A DNA stretch of 63,792 bases, filler included, from Choristocarpus tenellus KU-1152 (lineage: Eukaryota > Protista > Phaeophyceae): NCBI GenBank assembly GCA_964200185.2. It is 11 parts of 11 records of this genome, joined end to end, with 100 filler letters (N's around TTAATTAATTAA, not from the genome) between each part and the next. Parts side by side here need not be neighbours in the genome. Positions count along the whole stretch, not along the records: positions 10,837 to 18,092 come from CAXNAD020006454.1; positions 18,193 to 21,885 come from CAXNAD020018480.1; positions 21,986 to 25,396 come from CAXNAD020020224.1; positions 25,497 to 31,011 come from CAXNAD020010551.1; 7 more parts are not named here. One strand, 5' to 3'. Positions within the stretch are counted from its first letter, which is position 1. Each line of letters begins with the position of its first letter. Under the pieces are notes generated by a model. The model did no database searches. It saw only the letters and a program-made list of their open reading frames with translations, and had not been told where the DNA came from. Below are positions 12,951-25,564 of this stretch, piece by piece. The position numbers and the translations under genes are program-made.

Positions 12951-14624
12951 CTGCTATGGAAACAACAAAACTGAAGTCCTCTGTTTCTCAGTGGCCAACG
13001 TTGCTCCCCTCCAAACCTTATCACATGGGAGCAGTGTCAACAAACCAATCCACCTGTAGTGTGCACGAAGCAATGCATGCCAATAATTTTACAACCAATG
13101 ACTCACACAATTATTTCAGGTGGGCTTGTCCAGAGACCCATCCTCCAGAAAGGTTGAATGCAGGACCCTGTGATCTTACCGCTCCATAGTAACCTCCCAA
13201 ACCCAGTCGGAAAGTAGAGCCGTAAAACAATATCGAAGAATGACACCCCACGATCCATTCTTCTCACCTCGAGACCAGAATGATTTGCTGCCCTCATCTT
13301 CTCCGTCAACCCCCGATAATCACAGGTGGGAAAAAGGCATTGCTACAGATGTAAGCCGAGAACAGGCTCAGAGGGACTTTACCTGTTTTGGAGGCACACA
13401 CGTGGGTGCTCACACCATAGTTACCGCTGTGCCTCTGACTGGCTGGGCAAACAGTCGAGCAGATATCTCCTATTGCCAACGTCTCTCACAGGCAAGGGGG
13501 GAGATGCAGGGCAAGACGGAGGATGAGGAGGTGGCGCAGAAGGCAGTTGCAGGAGGGCTGAAGTCAAAGATGGGGAAGGGACAAAGCGTGGAAGGGGGGA
13601 ATGCAAAGGATTCCTGTGAAGGGCTTCTGATAGGGTATAAAGTACCAACAAAAGCTGTCACACTGCCTTGAGATTTTGGTTGTGTTGGTGCTAGATCTTG
13701 CATGAGTCTAAGCAGTGGTTGAAGATAGATAGTCCTGGGGTCATGTATCCGTTTAAGGCTATGTAATATGCATCGTATTGAGTGCACTGTTGAGAATATA
13801 AGGCAATTGTAGGAAGCTTGAACTCATAGGAGACTCATGTTATCATGTTCCAGATACACTGCCTCAGTCCACCAACAGGGCCTTGCACATTATGGCAGAA
13901 TGTACACCAAGTGAGAACTATTCCGGGAACAGTATTGGAACCTATACCGAAACAAGTTCTTGCGGGCGGCAATGGAAGGACTTGATCATGAGGGTCTTTT
14001 TTTTATGGTCATTTTTTTATGTTGGACTAATAAAACGTAAAGTAGTCCCAGTAGACCAAGTACAACCTTTTCGTACTGTGCCTCCATAGTACACATTCCT
14101 GTATGAAGCCCTTGCAGGGGCTATGAGCTCATAGTAGCACTTTGGCTCTACACAGCTTGGTGGGAGAATTTGCTTGCTGCCTCACCAAGAGCTTATCCTC
14201 ACCTTTCTGCAAGGTAGAGTCAGGGACATAGATGAAGGACACAAAAAATTCCTGAAGAGAAGGTTGAGTAGAGGTCCCTATGGACTTTAGAGCAGAGCAC
14301 ATTGATCCAGTCACAACATCGAATACATAGCGCTGTTGAGTGAAACTATTCAGCTCAGGCAGTGACTGTCATCCCATGGGTGATACCTTTCTGTTCGGAT
14401 GTGTGAACCAGGACAAATCGATTTTTCCTCTTAGCTTCCGCTGGATCTGATAGAAAACAAAATGTGCGCTGACCTGAAGGATTGAGTCAATATTAGGCGA
14501 TGTTATTCTGATGCCTCGTCGTAACCAATTGCTTGTTTCACGTCCCAAAAAGAATATAACTCAATAAGGTCCAGAGTAGGACCAACTGTGCTCAGTGGAG
14601 TGACGATCTACTCGAGGAAGACCC

Positions 14625-14885
14625 CCCAAAAAATGTAAGAGGGTAGGGCCGCATCCGTCGTTCGGGATCATAAATCCAGCATTGCAATTTTGATTAATTT
14701 TGGCTATCCTGCTTGTTCACAAGTGCCAATATCCTTGCTCTGGACACACACGCTTCATAATGGTATGCATTTTAGGTGACTGTGTTCACACAGAAAACCG
14801 AAAAAGGGCATAAAAAACCCCATAGGAAGTCAAGTCCCCAATGGACAAACAGGGCAACACTCCTACCCTCTAAAAACTTGGACTC
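14625..14885 (-). mobile_element. MITE family B, degenerate copy
   Basis: AAGAGGGTAGGGCCGC...AATTTTGGCTATC...ATGGACAAACAGGGCAAC...TACCCTCTAA...GACTC aligns with family B in reverse. Confidence 0.65.
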
Positions 14886-15410
14886 GAAGGCGAGTGCAGT
14901 ATGCCACAGGGTGGAAGGGAGGGTGTAAGGAGAAACACAACGGGCATAAAATAAAATGAAACGAAAATACCCAATAACTGTTTTTTTGAGCTGGTTGACG
15001 ATGTCAGGCCCCTTTTCAACTGATTACATACTCAATGTGCACCAACACCCTCCAGTCTCCTATGATGATATGTTCACAGTGTACGGATTCTTGTACATCG
15101 TGGGATGTTGCTCTAGCATCAACTGTGTTATCTCGATCAAGAACCACCTGCAAAACTTGATGGGTGGAAGAGCAAGCAATTGTAGCAGAGGTGTAGACAT
15201 ATATTTGCAGGAAGCCTCTTCAGTTAGGAAATAGGATCTGAACAAATTCCGACGCCTGGAGAGAGGCCCAAAGTGAGGCATTCTTGTAAGGGACAGTGAG
15301 ATTTCCTACCGCAGGAGGCTGGTTGTGACTGGTAAGAGTTCAGGACATGAAGCATGGGGTGGAGGGATGATGAAGTTTATATTTTGGTTTCGTAGCATAA
15401 AGACACAACA

Positions 15411-15675
15411 GAGTCAAAGTAAGCAAGAGATCCCTAGAGATATTCTTTGAGGAGGCTGACAAGAGTGTGCAAAACTTGACTTTTATTACAACAGCATATA
15501 GTAATTTTTCATCATTCTGTCCAAAACTTGCAAACAATAGAGAAATCAACACTAGAGTGCTCTTAAGTCAAACTTAGCACTTCATCGATAGAAATATGGG
15601 TGAATTGCAAAGATTGAAATGATGGCTTCAAATGCAAAATGGTCAAGACCTGGGTACCTCTCGTTTACTTCGGTC
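15411..15675 (+). mobile_element. MITE family D, second copy
   Basis: GAGTCAAAGTAAGCAAGAGA...CATCGATAGAAATATGGGTGAAT...CTGGGTACCTCTCGTTTACTTCGGTC. Confidence 0.65.
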
Positions 15676-17399
15676 CACAGAAAAACAGAATGTTTATAGA
15701 CAGTGCATTTTTTTTTTATCAGAGCCTTGTCAGTTACATAGATGAAGCACTAACAGATTGCCACCCATGCTTGTCATTGCCTTCTCATCCTATGAAGACG
15801 AGAAAAATTGCTAGTGTTTCAGTGGCACCTTTTTTTATCCCGAATGGTGTCAAGGTTACAGTCAGAAACAGAAGTATTATCAACGAATGGCAAGACTATG
15901 GCTTCAATAGACTCAGAAGGGGTCATGTTTGATTCAATCAATGTCGGTTTGCCCACTTGACTTGACAGTCATGGCAGCGTTCTTAGCTCTGTTCAGCACA
16001 TTAAGAAGCACCTCTCAGCATTTTCATAAACCAGCATCTTATTCTTGACAACACTCACACACGTTCCTGGGGTTGTCAAGTCTCTCCAAATACCCTCCTC
16101 AAACCTTGATGTGTGGCAATACATAACATGCTTTAAAGCAGTTATGAAAGGCAAGACAGAGGGAATAGTAAAGGAAACACTGCGCGGATATGCTTGCAAA
16201 AAAAGCAAGGCCACCAAACCTGGGGTTCTGTGATTGGAGGACAGGTGGAGAAGTCAATGGATATAGGACCTGCATTGGCCAGCAAAGGAGCGGAGAGGTT
16301 GGAGGGGGAAGAGATTGAAGATGTGGGGCAGGGGAGGTTGCTGGAACAGAGTGGGAAAAAAGAAACTGCAAAGATCACTGTATGTTATTGCACTGGACCC
16401 TCAATTCAAGTTGATGGCAGAGTTTCTGGCTGCTTGACTGGCTCCATGATAGAATAGGTAGACGAGAGAGGCTGATCCCTTCGTTTTGTATGAGCCATGT
16501 TTTTGCTTAATTGCTTACATTATACAGTACCGTGAAGTATGCAGTATTAACAGTACCCAACCAATGTATAGTTCGAGCGTCTGAGCCAGAAGATCCTTAC
16601 AACTGACTCTAGCCCTTGCCTTGAGTTCAGTCAAGCAATTTGAAGTACATGCGAGGGGTTTGAGATGGCCTTGAGCAGCGGCATTGAACGCTCCGTCTAG
16701 CACTATTACTACCTCCATCTGTAACTGTACCCATTGTACTATGTCCCTTCGAAGTAATATGTAGTATGTGTGACGAAAAAGAAAAAAAAACGTTCTTTTC
16801 CACAGTTGTAGAACGTGTAAGCATCAATCCACACCAATCCACATCAATTTACAGCAGTTACTGTACGAAGTGCATACAACAGCACTGTTTTTATCATTCT
16901 CCTTGTGTCGATCTCACTTGGACATGAAGGAAGAGCAAATAATATGGGAAAAAATCAGGAAATACCCCCACTGGTTTTAAAGGACCTCAAGTATTGGGAG
17001 TCGTAGTATTCTACTGGAGGGTACCATTCAGTATAGGGGGTCTCTGTGATCGCATACTGGGTCATATGTTCCTAGCACTCTGGAAAGCGATTTTGACTTT
17101 TGTGGACAAACACCTATCTCCTCTTCCACAGCCACAACCTCCTCATGGGAGTAAGCTGCAGTTTTTGCATGAGAATGAAGGTATTAGTCAAGGCTTTATG
17201 ATTATGTGGAACGGTTGAAGCATTTCTGCCCCCCAGAGGTGGTCTGAGGGAGGAGAGGGGGGAGATCTCTCCTCACAAGTGACTAGTTCTGTTTGGATAT
17301 GCACCTGCCCTCTTTATATGCCTTCCACAGATTTTTGTTCAGAAGAGTTGATCATTGGTGTACCCGAAATTCTTGGTTGCATTAGATTTCATAAATTCA

Positions 17400-17960
17400 T
17401 ACATTAATTTACTCAAAGGGCTCTAGTTGTGCCACAGAAAAATAGTTAACAGGTGAACACAAGGCAGCAACTCAAGAGTCTCTATTTTGACGAGAAACGA
17501 GCCAATTAGATTTCTTTCAGAATGGTACGTTAAAGGGTCTTGGAAAGAAGGGGGGGATGAAGGGGCAGGGTAGGGTACACCTATTTTTCCATAATCCCAA
17601 TCAGTGGTGGACGCTCCTTCATCCCCACTCATATGGAATACGGCAGTGACCACCTTCACCACCCCACTCCATTTAGTTATCTATTTTGGGATCCAAATTG
17701 TCAGTTAGACTGAGCCAGTGTTTCTAGTCCACTGCATGAACAGGTCCACTTGCAATGACCATCGATTGCCTTTGACTTATCTGGAAGGAAGGGGGATCGA
17801 TTGTCTCGAGGTTGTTGCCCCCCAGGTTCCTAGGAAGGTCGAAGGGTATGTGTAGCAGTTGAGAACAAGGGGCCTCAGGTCATTTTGGACACAATTTCCC
17901 CCCTACCTATTCCCACTTGTCCTCTCCTAAAGTGCCAGGTTTCCGTAGCACCATGTGTCA
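17400..17960 (-). mobile_element. Possible degenerate Gypsy integrase (zinc-binding region) remnant
   Basis: Minus frame CVQNDLRPLVLNCYTYPSTFLG resembles LCVP..LR..VL...H...T.GH.G; many stops. Confidence 0.3.
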
Positions 17961-18234
17961 ATCTGTACCACTGACATACCATGTAACATTCACATTTAAC
18001 CCTGGTAGCAAGGTAGACATAACCTATGACTGAGGATTGGTACATTACCTACAACAACAAATGCTCAGGCTCAAATTATCTAGGAGGGGGTGNNNNNNNN
18101 NNNNNNNNNNNNNNNNNNNNNNNNNNNNNNNNNNNNTTAATTAATTAANNNNNNNNNNNNNNNNNNNNNNNNNNNNNNNNNNNNNNNNNNNNAGCAAAGA
18201 GTTTACGAGGTAACCAGAAACCAACATCTCCCCG

Positions 18235-18268
<34 letters not shown>

Positions 18269-18309
18269 CTCCAACTCCCCAATACTATTTCCATGAAACA
18301 ATTTTTCAC

Positions 18310-18561
18310 CTGGGAGTTATGAACAGCAGTGATAAACTTGTAGGTGACAAAGTCTGGACCGTATTTGAGCGAAGCATCTGGCTCTGCCAGTTCATAAAAG
18401 ACACTCATTGCAAATAGGAAGTCTTCCAAATCCTGGTCTGTCAGTTTCCGCAGTTCTCGCCTCACATACTTGCATGTCACCAGCAAGCTCACAGAAGCCG
18501 GTGTTTCTGCTCTCTCCACCTCTGTGCCTTCCTCAGTATTGTCTGAGAGTACCTCGAAGAC
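18310..18561 (-). CDS. Tyrosinase-like (type-3 copper) protein, exon 3
   Basis: gctaat..cag|GTC...CAG|gtgaa; 252 bp; VTCKYVRRELRKLTDQDLEDFLFAM...KYGPDFVTYKFITAVH, matching the tyrosinase N-terminal RRE motif up to the first putative CuA His. Confidence 0.8.
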
Positions 18562-19530
18562 CTGATCCATTAGCACCGGGGATGTGAGTGGTTACAAGTG
18601 TCGAGCGAGATATTGGAACCGTGGAAGTGTGGGGAAGTTGGAACTCTTGAAGTAAGCATTGTGTTACAAGAAGACCGTCACGCACTAGAGGAAGGCGTGC
18701 AAACTCTTGTGCTTGATGCCTTTGCTTCAACAATAATAGTAGTGGTGGAAGTGCACACACAATCTGGGATGAAGGCTGTGTGTGTAAAACAGAACTTGCA
18801 GTCACTGCTTCAAGTTCAACCATTGTCTACCCCCATCCCAATGCTATATGAACACAACAAAATCTCCACATGTCAGAAAGATTGCTCACTTAACAGAACT
18901 TCCTGTTTTAGGATTATACAAGACATGCGTTATCCAAACAACATATGTGGTGGACCGAATGAACGACCCCGGGGGTTGTTCAGAACAACAAACATTACAG
19001 AGTGGATGGATCAAAGCTCTTGCTGAACAGCAAACAGTAGGAGTGAGTGCATCATAGGTACACATTTCCTTGGAACTCAAGTTCTTCTCCACAATTTTCT
19101 TTTTCCCTTTAGAAAAATCAAACCAAAGCGTGAAGAAAAAAATCGTAGTGTCACACTTTGCAGAACTAAAACTGAGCAAATGGGCTCAACCACTTACAAC
19201 ACAACAGGAACTATAGAACAAATGGTGCTGCTACAACGTACGAATCTCAAGCCTAGTGCTACAAAGCAAGTGTTGCAGAACAAATGGATTCAGGCATTCT
19301 ATGGACAGTGGGTATTTCAGAGCAACTGGCCCTGGAGAGTTGTGCTCCTAATGTTCGTTATGGGTCGAATACGGGCGAACTTTCTAGGGAAGCTCTGGTG
19401 TTGAGTGTTACAATTTCTGAGGCGTGCAGACCTTACGAAGAGCCCTTTAAATGATTTTGATATCTACAGATAAATTCACTTTAATCCCTCCATCGCAGTT
19501 TGGCAAAGAAGCTTTGCCTCGACATCTTAC

Positions 19531-19878
19531 CGTTAGTCTGTACACATTCCCAGGACCTCTAAGAGTGACCAGCACCTCCTTTCCGTATTCCCCATCCAAT
19601 TCTGGATCAACTCCTTCAATCACTGAACCGTCATGGTTCGACATAGCAAGGTGCCAGTAGAACCGTGGATCGTCACCACTCGCCACTGCTGAGGCGGGGT
19701 CTGCGAACTCTACTGAGAGGGAAGTTTCTCGATAGGGTTCTACAACTAGGTCCAGTCCGTAGAGAGCAAGCGCAGTCCGATCCGATCCACCATACTCGTT
19801 CCGGGCGTCAACAACCAGCTCGGCACGTTGGGATAAACCTGAATGTCTTAGTCCCTCTTCTGAGTAGGTTGGTGTCTT
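19531..19878 (-). CDS. Tyrosinase-like protein, exon 2
   Basis: ttttacag|AAG...ACG|gtaag; 348 bp open, phase 0; ...VVDARNEYG...LVVEPYRETSLSV...GNVYRLT. Confidence 0.78.
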
Positions 19879-20034
19879 CTGTAAAATATCATAGAGCAGA
19901 AGATAGTTTTAGCAGAGGCAGAGAGTCAGGCGAGGGCGTGGGTTAGACCTGGACACATGGGCTATGGTTTTTGCTCAAGATCAATTGCCCATTGTCTCTA
20001 ATTTGACGAGGAGAGCAGGGTGTCAGATGCGTGC

Positions 20035-20352
20035 CTCATTAACATCGCTGGAGCCCCAGTTGGAGCCTCTTGCTCCTTCCATCACTCCATTCGCTGGACC
20101 AGCACCAGATCCAGGATGAGTCACGTGGTTGTACCCCGAGGAGGCTAAGGCACCGTACAATGCCAATAAACCCAACACAGACAAAACCCTTTGTCGGGAC
20201 GGGCTGAAGGGATTAGGCTTTGGTGAGTCTACACCCCGACCTTCCTCCACATTAGAGTGTAACGTCTCACTCAATGGTGCCATTAAATCACCCATCCCAA
20301 TGCTTCCATAGGATTGATCCCGTCGCCCCACCAAACGTTCCTCCATTTTCAT
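20035..20352 (-). CDS. Tyrosinase-like protein, probable exon 1 with single TM anchor
   Basis: MKMEERLVGRRDQSYGSI...RQRVLSVLGLLALYGALAS; 3' boundary uncertain (GAG|GCACG or GAT|GTTAA); the frame is also open a little upstream. Confidence 0.6.
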
Positions 20353-21150
20353 GTAGCACGTAGGGAAGGTCTGCCGTTCCGTGGCCCCAACACCTGTCTA
20401 TGAAGATGTGAAGTTGTAGGACAGTTAACTGCTAATGGTGAAAGCAGTGATGGTGTATTATTTTGACACTTTGATTGGTTTACTTGTTTAGAGTTTGTAA
20501 TGGAGTTAGTTGGTTTACGAAGTATTGGCAAATATATATATTTCAAACAAAGAAATACATTGTCTTCCTTCCCATGTACATAAAAGGTTAGAAATATATT
20601 TATAACCTATAGAGTGAGGGTTCTACAACTAGGTCCAGTCCGTAGAGAGCAAGCGCAGTCCGATCCGATCCACCATACTCGTTCCGGGCGTCAACAACCA
20701 GCTCGGCACGTTGGGATAAACCTGAATGTNNNNNNNNNNCGAAGTATTGGCAAATATATATATTTCAAACAAAGAAATACATTGTCTTCCTTCCCATGTA
20801 CATAAAAGGTTAGAAATATATTTATAACCTATAGAGTGTGTATGACGAACATGATCGTATCATCAATATGTTTACATACATAGAGCAGCGGTACCAGTAG
20901 CTTGGCCCTCTGGGGTTGTCTGGTCATTCCTTTTGATGTAGACATCGGATTAAAAAAATAAAAACATAATCGTCGTGCCCGTCACAAGGTCCTCCAGAGT
21001 ACGGGCTTCGTTTATTCCTCGACATTTTTTTTTGGAGTATGAGCGGTCTTGTTGGGGTTCGAACCGTGGATTGTAGGTCACAAAAAGGGGGAACAGATAG
21101 ATGCACTATCTCATCATTATTATCAAACATTTCCCACATATATATATATA

Positions 21151-21262
21151 TATGTCAAGGGAAAAAACAATGAAAACCCAATTTCTTTAGGGCTAATAAT
21201 GACATGTGTATAGTTTTCATTGGTTTTCCCCCTGACACATCTGCAAAATGTCAGAGGGCATA
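21151..21262. mobile_element. MITE family C, short copy
   Basis: Right TIR TAGTTTTCATTGGTTTTCCCCCTGACACATCTGCAAAATGTCAGAGGGCATA plus a truncated left TIR. Confidence 0.7.
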
Positions 21263-21800
21263 ATAATATATTAATGAAAAACCAATGCAATATGGTAAGA
21301 AGAATCCCTATAAAACTGCTGTTGTAAATGTGAAACATCTTTTTCTCTAATCTACTTGCTATTTTACAGCTATCAGCTATGCTACACCACTCCCCTCCTG
21401 TGTCTCCAAACTAGCTTAGCCCTACAACACAGAGCAAGGAGCTAGGGAAGCATCACAAGGACCTGACAGGCCCCTCCTTGCCCATCTCCCTGATGTCTCC
21501 AGCTTAAAATGCATGACACGTCTCGATAGAGCTACTTGTGTTGTGACGGACACTACCCGTCATAAACAGGATTTGACAGCTCTTTTCCTGCTGCAGCCTT
21601 CCACCCCTCTCCCCCCTACTGCGTGCGTAGCCAAATCATCCAGAAAACTTTCTGCTTGCTTACTGAGGCGCCTAAAAATTTCCACCGCGAAGGCGTTGAG
21701 GTTAAAACTACATTGGTTCTTTTACCCTCTTAGTGGGTGAGCTTTCGCGCCTCAGCTACAGCAGCAGCTACACCATCGTTGGTGGATGAATGTGGCAGAT

Positions 21801-21885
21801 GGCTTAAAGTATCTTAGGGGAGGTGGCGGCTGTCCATCTGGGGTCAATTTGTTCATGTCGCAATTTTTGGGTGATTTGGTTGCAT
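21801..21885 (+). mobile_element. MITE family A left part at contig end
   Basis: GGCTTAAAGTATCTTAGGGGAGGTGGCGGCTGTCCATCTGGGGTCAATTT. Confidence 0.8.
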
Positions 21886-21985
21886 NNNNNNNNNNNNNNN
21901 NNNNNNNNNNNNNNNNNNNNNNNNNNNNNTTAATTAATTAANNNNNNNNNNNNNNNNNNNNNNNNNNNNNNNNNNNNNNNNNNNN

Positions 21986-21992
21986 TTCCCCG

Positions 21993-22035
<43 letters not shown>

Positions 22036-22049
22036 AGATACTTTGATCC
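21986..22049. mobile_element. MITE family A terminus with expanded C-tract
   Basis: (C)40+ followed by AGATACTTTGATCC. Confidence 0.65.
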
Positions 22050-23639
22050 AGCTCTTGAGATGTGCTCTCCAGTGCATGCACCCCACTCAGGCTTATGTGA
22101 TATCAAAAATAACGCACTGAGCTAGAGAACAGAGATGCATAGGAAAATACAAAAGAAGCAGTCAGTAGTGTAGAATGTCTTTCGTTAAATAATATTGTGA
22201 GCTCATTGAGGAAAGGGCTGGCATCCTACTTGCTTCTGTATCCATCAACACACACTCCACTCTCTGCTCGAAAAACGCTCATCAAGGTATCAACTTCAGT
22301 GCTACCTCTGGCATGAAGGATAACTTGCTGCAGTTGTTGTTTAAGATGATACAAAGTACACTGGAGAAAGATCGCAGGCACTCTGTTAAGAACCACAGGA
22401 ATGACAGAGTACAGTGCAGCTATAAGGGAATACACAGACCGAACATGCACTACTGCTATGGAGACAACACACATGTAGTCCTCAGGAGGTGCAGACTGGA
22501 CCAAAAACGTGGCATGTGGATAACCATACCAAAAGCACTCTGGACATACGATGTGTGATGTGTGTGCTTGAAGTAATTGCTAGTCCCGCCAGCACCTACA
22601 ATGAAACCAGCATGAAGTTGATATTTGCTAGAGTAGTAATAGCGTGTATGAGAAAAACCTACACTCACATGCATGAAAATATTCTGCAGGATCAACAAAG
22701 GGGAAGCATAGGGTTGGATCAAATGATGAACTATGGTATAGCACTGATGACATTACACTACTCTACTTCACATACATGGGTTCTACTCTTGACAGTACTG
22801 ACCAAACAATTATCAGCACAAGAAGGCCGTTGCCCTTGTCCACAACAAAAAAAGCGCCTCAGAGTACGTACAAAAAGAAATAAACGCATATATACTTGAA
22901 AAAGAGATGAAGGGTTCCAATCCCCCCTTCCCCTCAACAGTAACATGGCTGTGTACTAATATAGTAGCCATAGAGAAACATCACCCTGCGTCAACAGTTT
23001 TTCTGTCCCAGACCTCAGCCCCCTCCCTCTCCATTCTCCTCATATCCACACAATTTTTGCCTCTAACAGCTGTGTAGACAGTAGAAGTTTGATCAAGTTT
23101 GGGTGGTGCTATCTGGGTCTCGTCCATGTCTGCAGAGCCAAGAATATTGTTCACCATTAGGACCAACAACAATAACCAATCGACCACAAAAAAACAGTTT
23201 CTATGTGTACAGCCCTCTTGCAAACATATTCTACAAAGTCAAGCATACTACCAACGAGTAGCTCACTCAATAACGCTCCCACCTCATGACCTTCCTTCCT
23301 GCCTTGCCAATACAACCTAGACCAAAATAAGAACCACCCTAGCTACCAAGAACATATTCTCATCGGTGCATAGTTCCCAATACATATCCTGCTAAACCAG
23401 TTACAACTTGGTTCATACTGTTTGGGATGAAGATATGAGACTTGGTATAGGCTCAATAGGCAGTTGTTGTTCTTAGGCAGTTCAGTGATTGCAAGTATAT
23501 CTGTAAAGCCCCACTTTTGTAGAATATCTTGAAATGGGCAGAGGAGAAGGAGCTTTCTCACTACAAATCACACTCAATATCTTCGGGGGGGCAAAGACGC
23601 GACCTTGCATTTGCATGATGATTTGAAATTAGCCTTTCA

Positions 23640-25396
23640 TCACTTTCCTAGTCCCCATCGCTGCTGCCGCCTGTCTCCTGGTGGAGTTATGGACGAGGAG
23701 GGTTGCATGTGTCCACTAAGAAGTTTCAATCCTTGCCCAGGGAGTGCGATTTCCAATGCTGCATCTCGTCTCCTTGCTGGATGGGGCATCCTTCTGGTGA
23801 GGACTGGAGCACCCTGAGCAAAAAAAGCATCTTCCCCTACAGTTCCCTTCCCTAATTGTACACTAACCACCTTTGCTGACGGCTCTATCAGTAAGGAATC
23901 CACCCCTCGACCCTTCATCACCACAGGTCCTGTTGCATTCTTGTCAGGGTTACAGAAAGCGACAGATGCATGCATACCATCCTTCCAGGACTTTCCTTTG
24001 GAATTGAGCACAACTGTTTCTGTGCGCATCCTCACTGTTGCTGTTCTGCTCGGTTTCTCTTTGAACTTGCCACAGGAACCACTCACTGGGACGAATGATG
24101 CATTGGAACTTATCCAGGGAGAGATCACACCACTGTGCAGCCCCCCATTCAGGTAAAACATTTCCCAGTCGATGGGCAGAGATCCTGGTTCTAGCTCTGA
24201 GCATGCCATCCCCCTGTTTAATACCTTGATATCGAAACAGTTTTTCCTATGTCTGTCCCCCCTCTTCCCATCAACTCCCCCGTCAGTCACAGCTGCATTA
24301 ACTGGCTCATATCTCGGAGGGATAACGATGTTGGTTGTAGCAGTAGCATTCGCTCTTGCACAAAATTGTACGCCCTGAAATTCTCCCCTTGGAGTCAAAA
24401 GATTGTGGTCACAAGAGGTGCAAGACCCTGTCTCTGATGGGAAGGCTTTCAGGGGCTGCGAAATGGTGACCAACGTCGATTTAGACATTACGTGTTTGCC
24501 AACGTCATCTTCTGCAGCAGCAACGACGTCTACATCTTTTGACTGATTAATAAGGGACGATGGGTCGCTTTCACTTCTTCCCCCTCTGTCACCTGTGCCT
24601 CTACAACTGCTAAGGCAGGTGGGGGTCTTGTCGCCTCCATTACATTTGAGCAGCAAGGGAATGTTTGCCATGATTGCCTTGGTCACAGCTGTGTCAGCGG
24701 ACAAGAGGTTCACCCTCTCGTCATCCCCTCTACAGGATGGCTCAATGCCGTTTGCTTGGGCAGCTGCACGGCATGGGGGCCGGGGTGACAGCTGTTGCTG
24801 TCTGTACACTTCAGCCGTCATATCTCTTTCCACGGCAGGAGACAGGCGCAACAGTGCAGAAGATCCCATTGATCCAGGGATATTAATGCTGGCACCTGAA
24901 AGGACAGACCGGTCACAGAAGTTTTGCCTATGGCGGGAGATCTGGTCTGTACCAACTCCCTCCTCCTTAGGTTGACCAATGTCAGTTCTGCCAGAATACC
25001 CACTGTTTTTACTCTCGTGATCTTCTCCACTACCTCTGGTCCTGTCCACATCAACAATGCTGCCACAGTCCCGTTTAGATGGTTGTACACCAACACTGGA
25101 CTTTGGTCGAGGAGTTGACTGCAGCTGTAGTATTTCGTCCTTCTCGTCAACTCCCATGGGGGGCGCATGTGTCAGAGAGGCAGCCTTTGCAGTGAAGGTA
25201 CAGCACTTGTCAGTTGAAAGCGTACCTTGCAACCTTTCTCTCTTTGCCACTGGAATGGGTACTGCCCTAAGGGCCATTGGTCGGCCAACTCTCGGAGACC
25301 TGTCACTGGCTGGACGATGGAGATTTCCCCCTCTTCCCTCCTGCCCCCCCCCCTTGCAATTACTGCTGCAGCTACCAGTACCTCTTACTCCAGCAT
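23640..25396 (-). CDS. Large exon of an unknown, probably largely disordered protein (5'-truncated by contig end)
   Basis: At least 545 stop-free codons; the frame appears open upstream of 25277; S/G/D/R-rich; GC higher than flanks; no motif recognised. Confidence 0.65.
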
Positions 25397-25496
25397 NNNN
25401 NNNNNNNNNNNNNNNNNNNNNNNNNNNNNNNNNNNNNNNNTTAATTAATTAANNNNNNNNNNNNNNNNNNNNNNNNNNNNNNNNNNNNNNNNNNNN

Positions 25497-25564
25497 CAAA
25501 AAAGTGAAAATCGAAAAAAGAGTGAAAAACGGACGCCGGTACCCCCCCCCAGATACTTTGACCC
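25497..25564 (-). mobile_element. Terminus of family A variant (long-element type)
   Basis: Reverse complement of 27538-27605: AAAAGTGAAAATCGAAAAAAG...CCCCCAGATACTTTGACCC. Confidence 0.75.

Noticed and set aside
13000-17300. Numerous short ORFs, probably decayed TE sequence
   Set aside because: No motif was clear enough to assign, and no spliceable exon chain was found.
22250-22580. Possible piggyBac-like Cys-rich C-terminal remnant
   Set aside because: Only a vague Cys pattern with stops; no TTAA/TIR or DDD motif seen.
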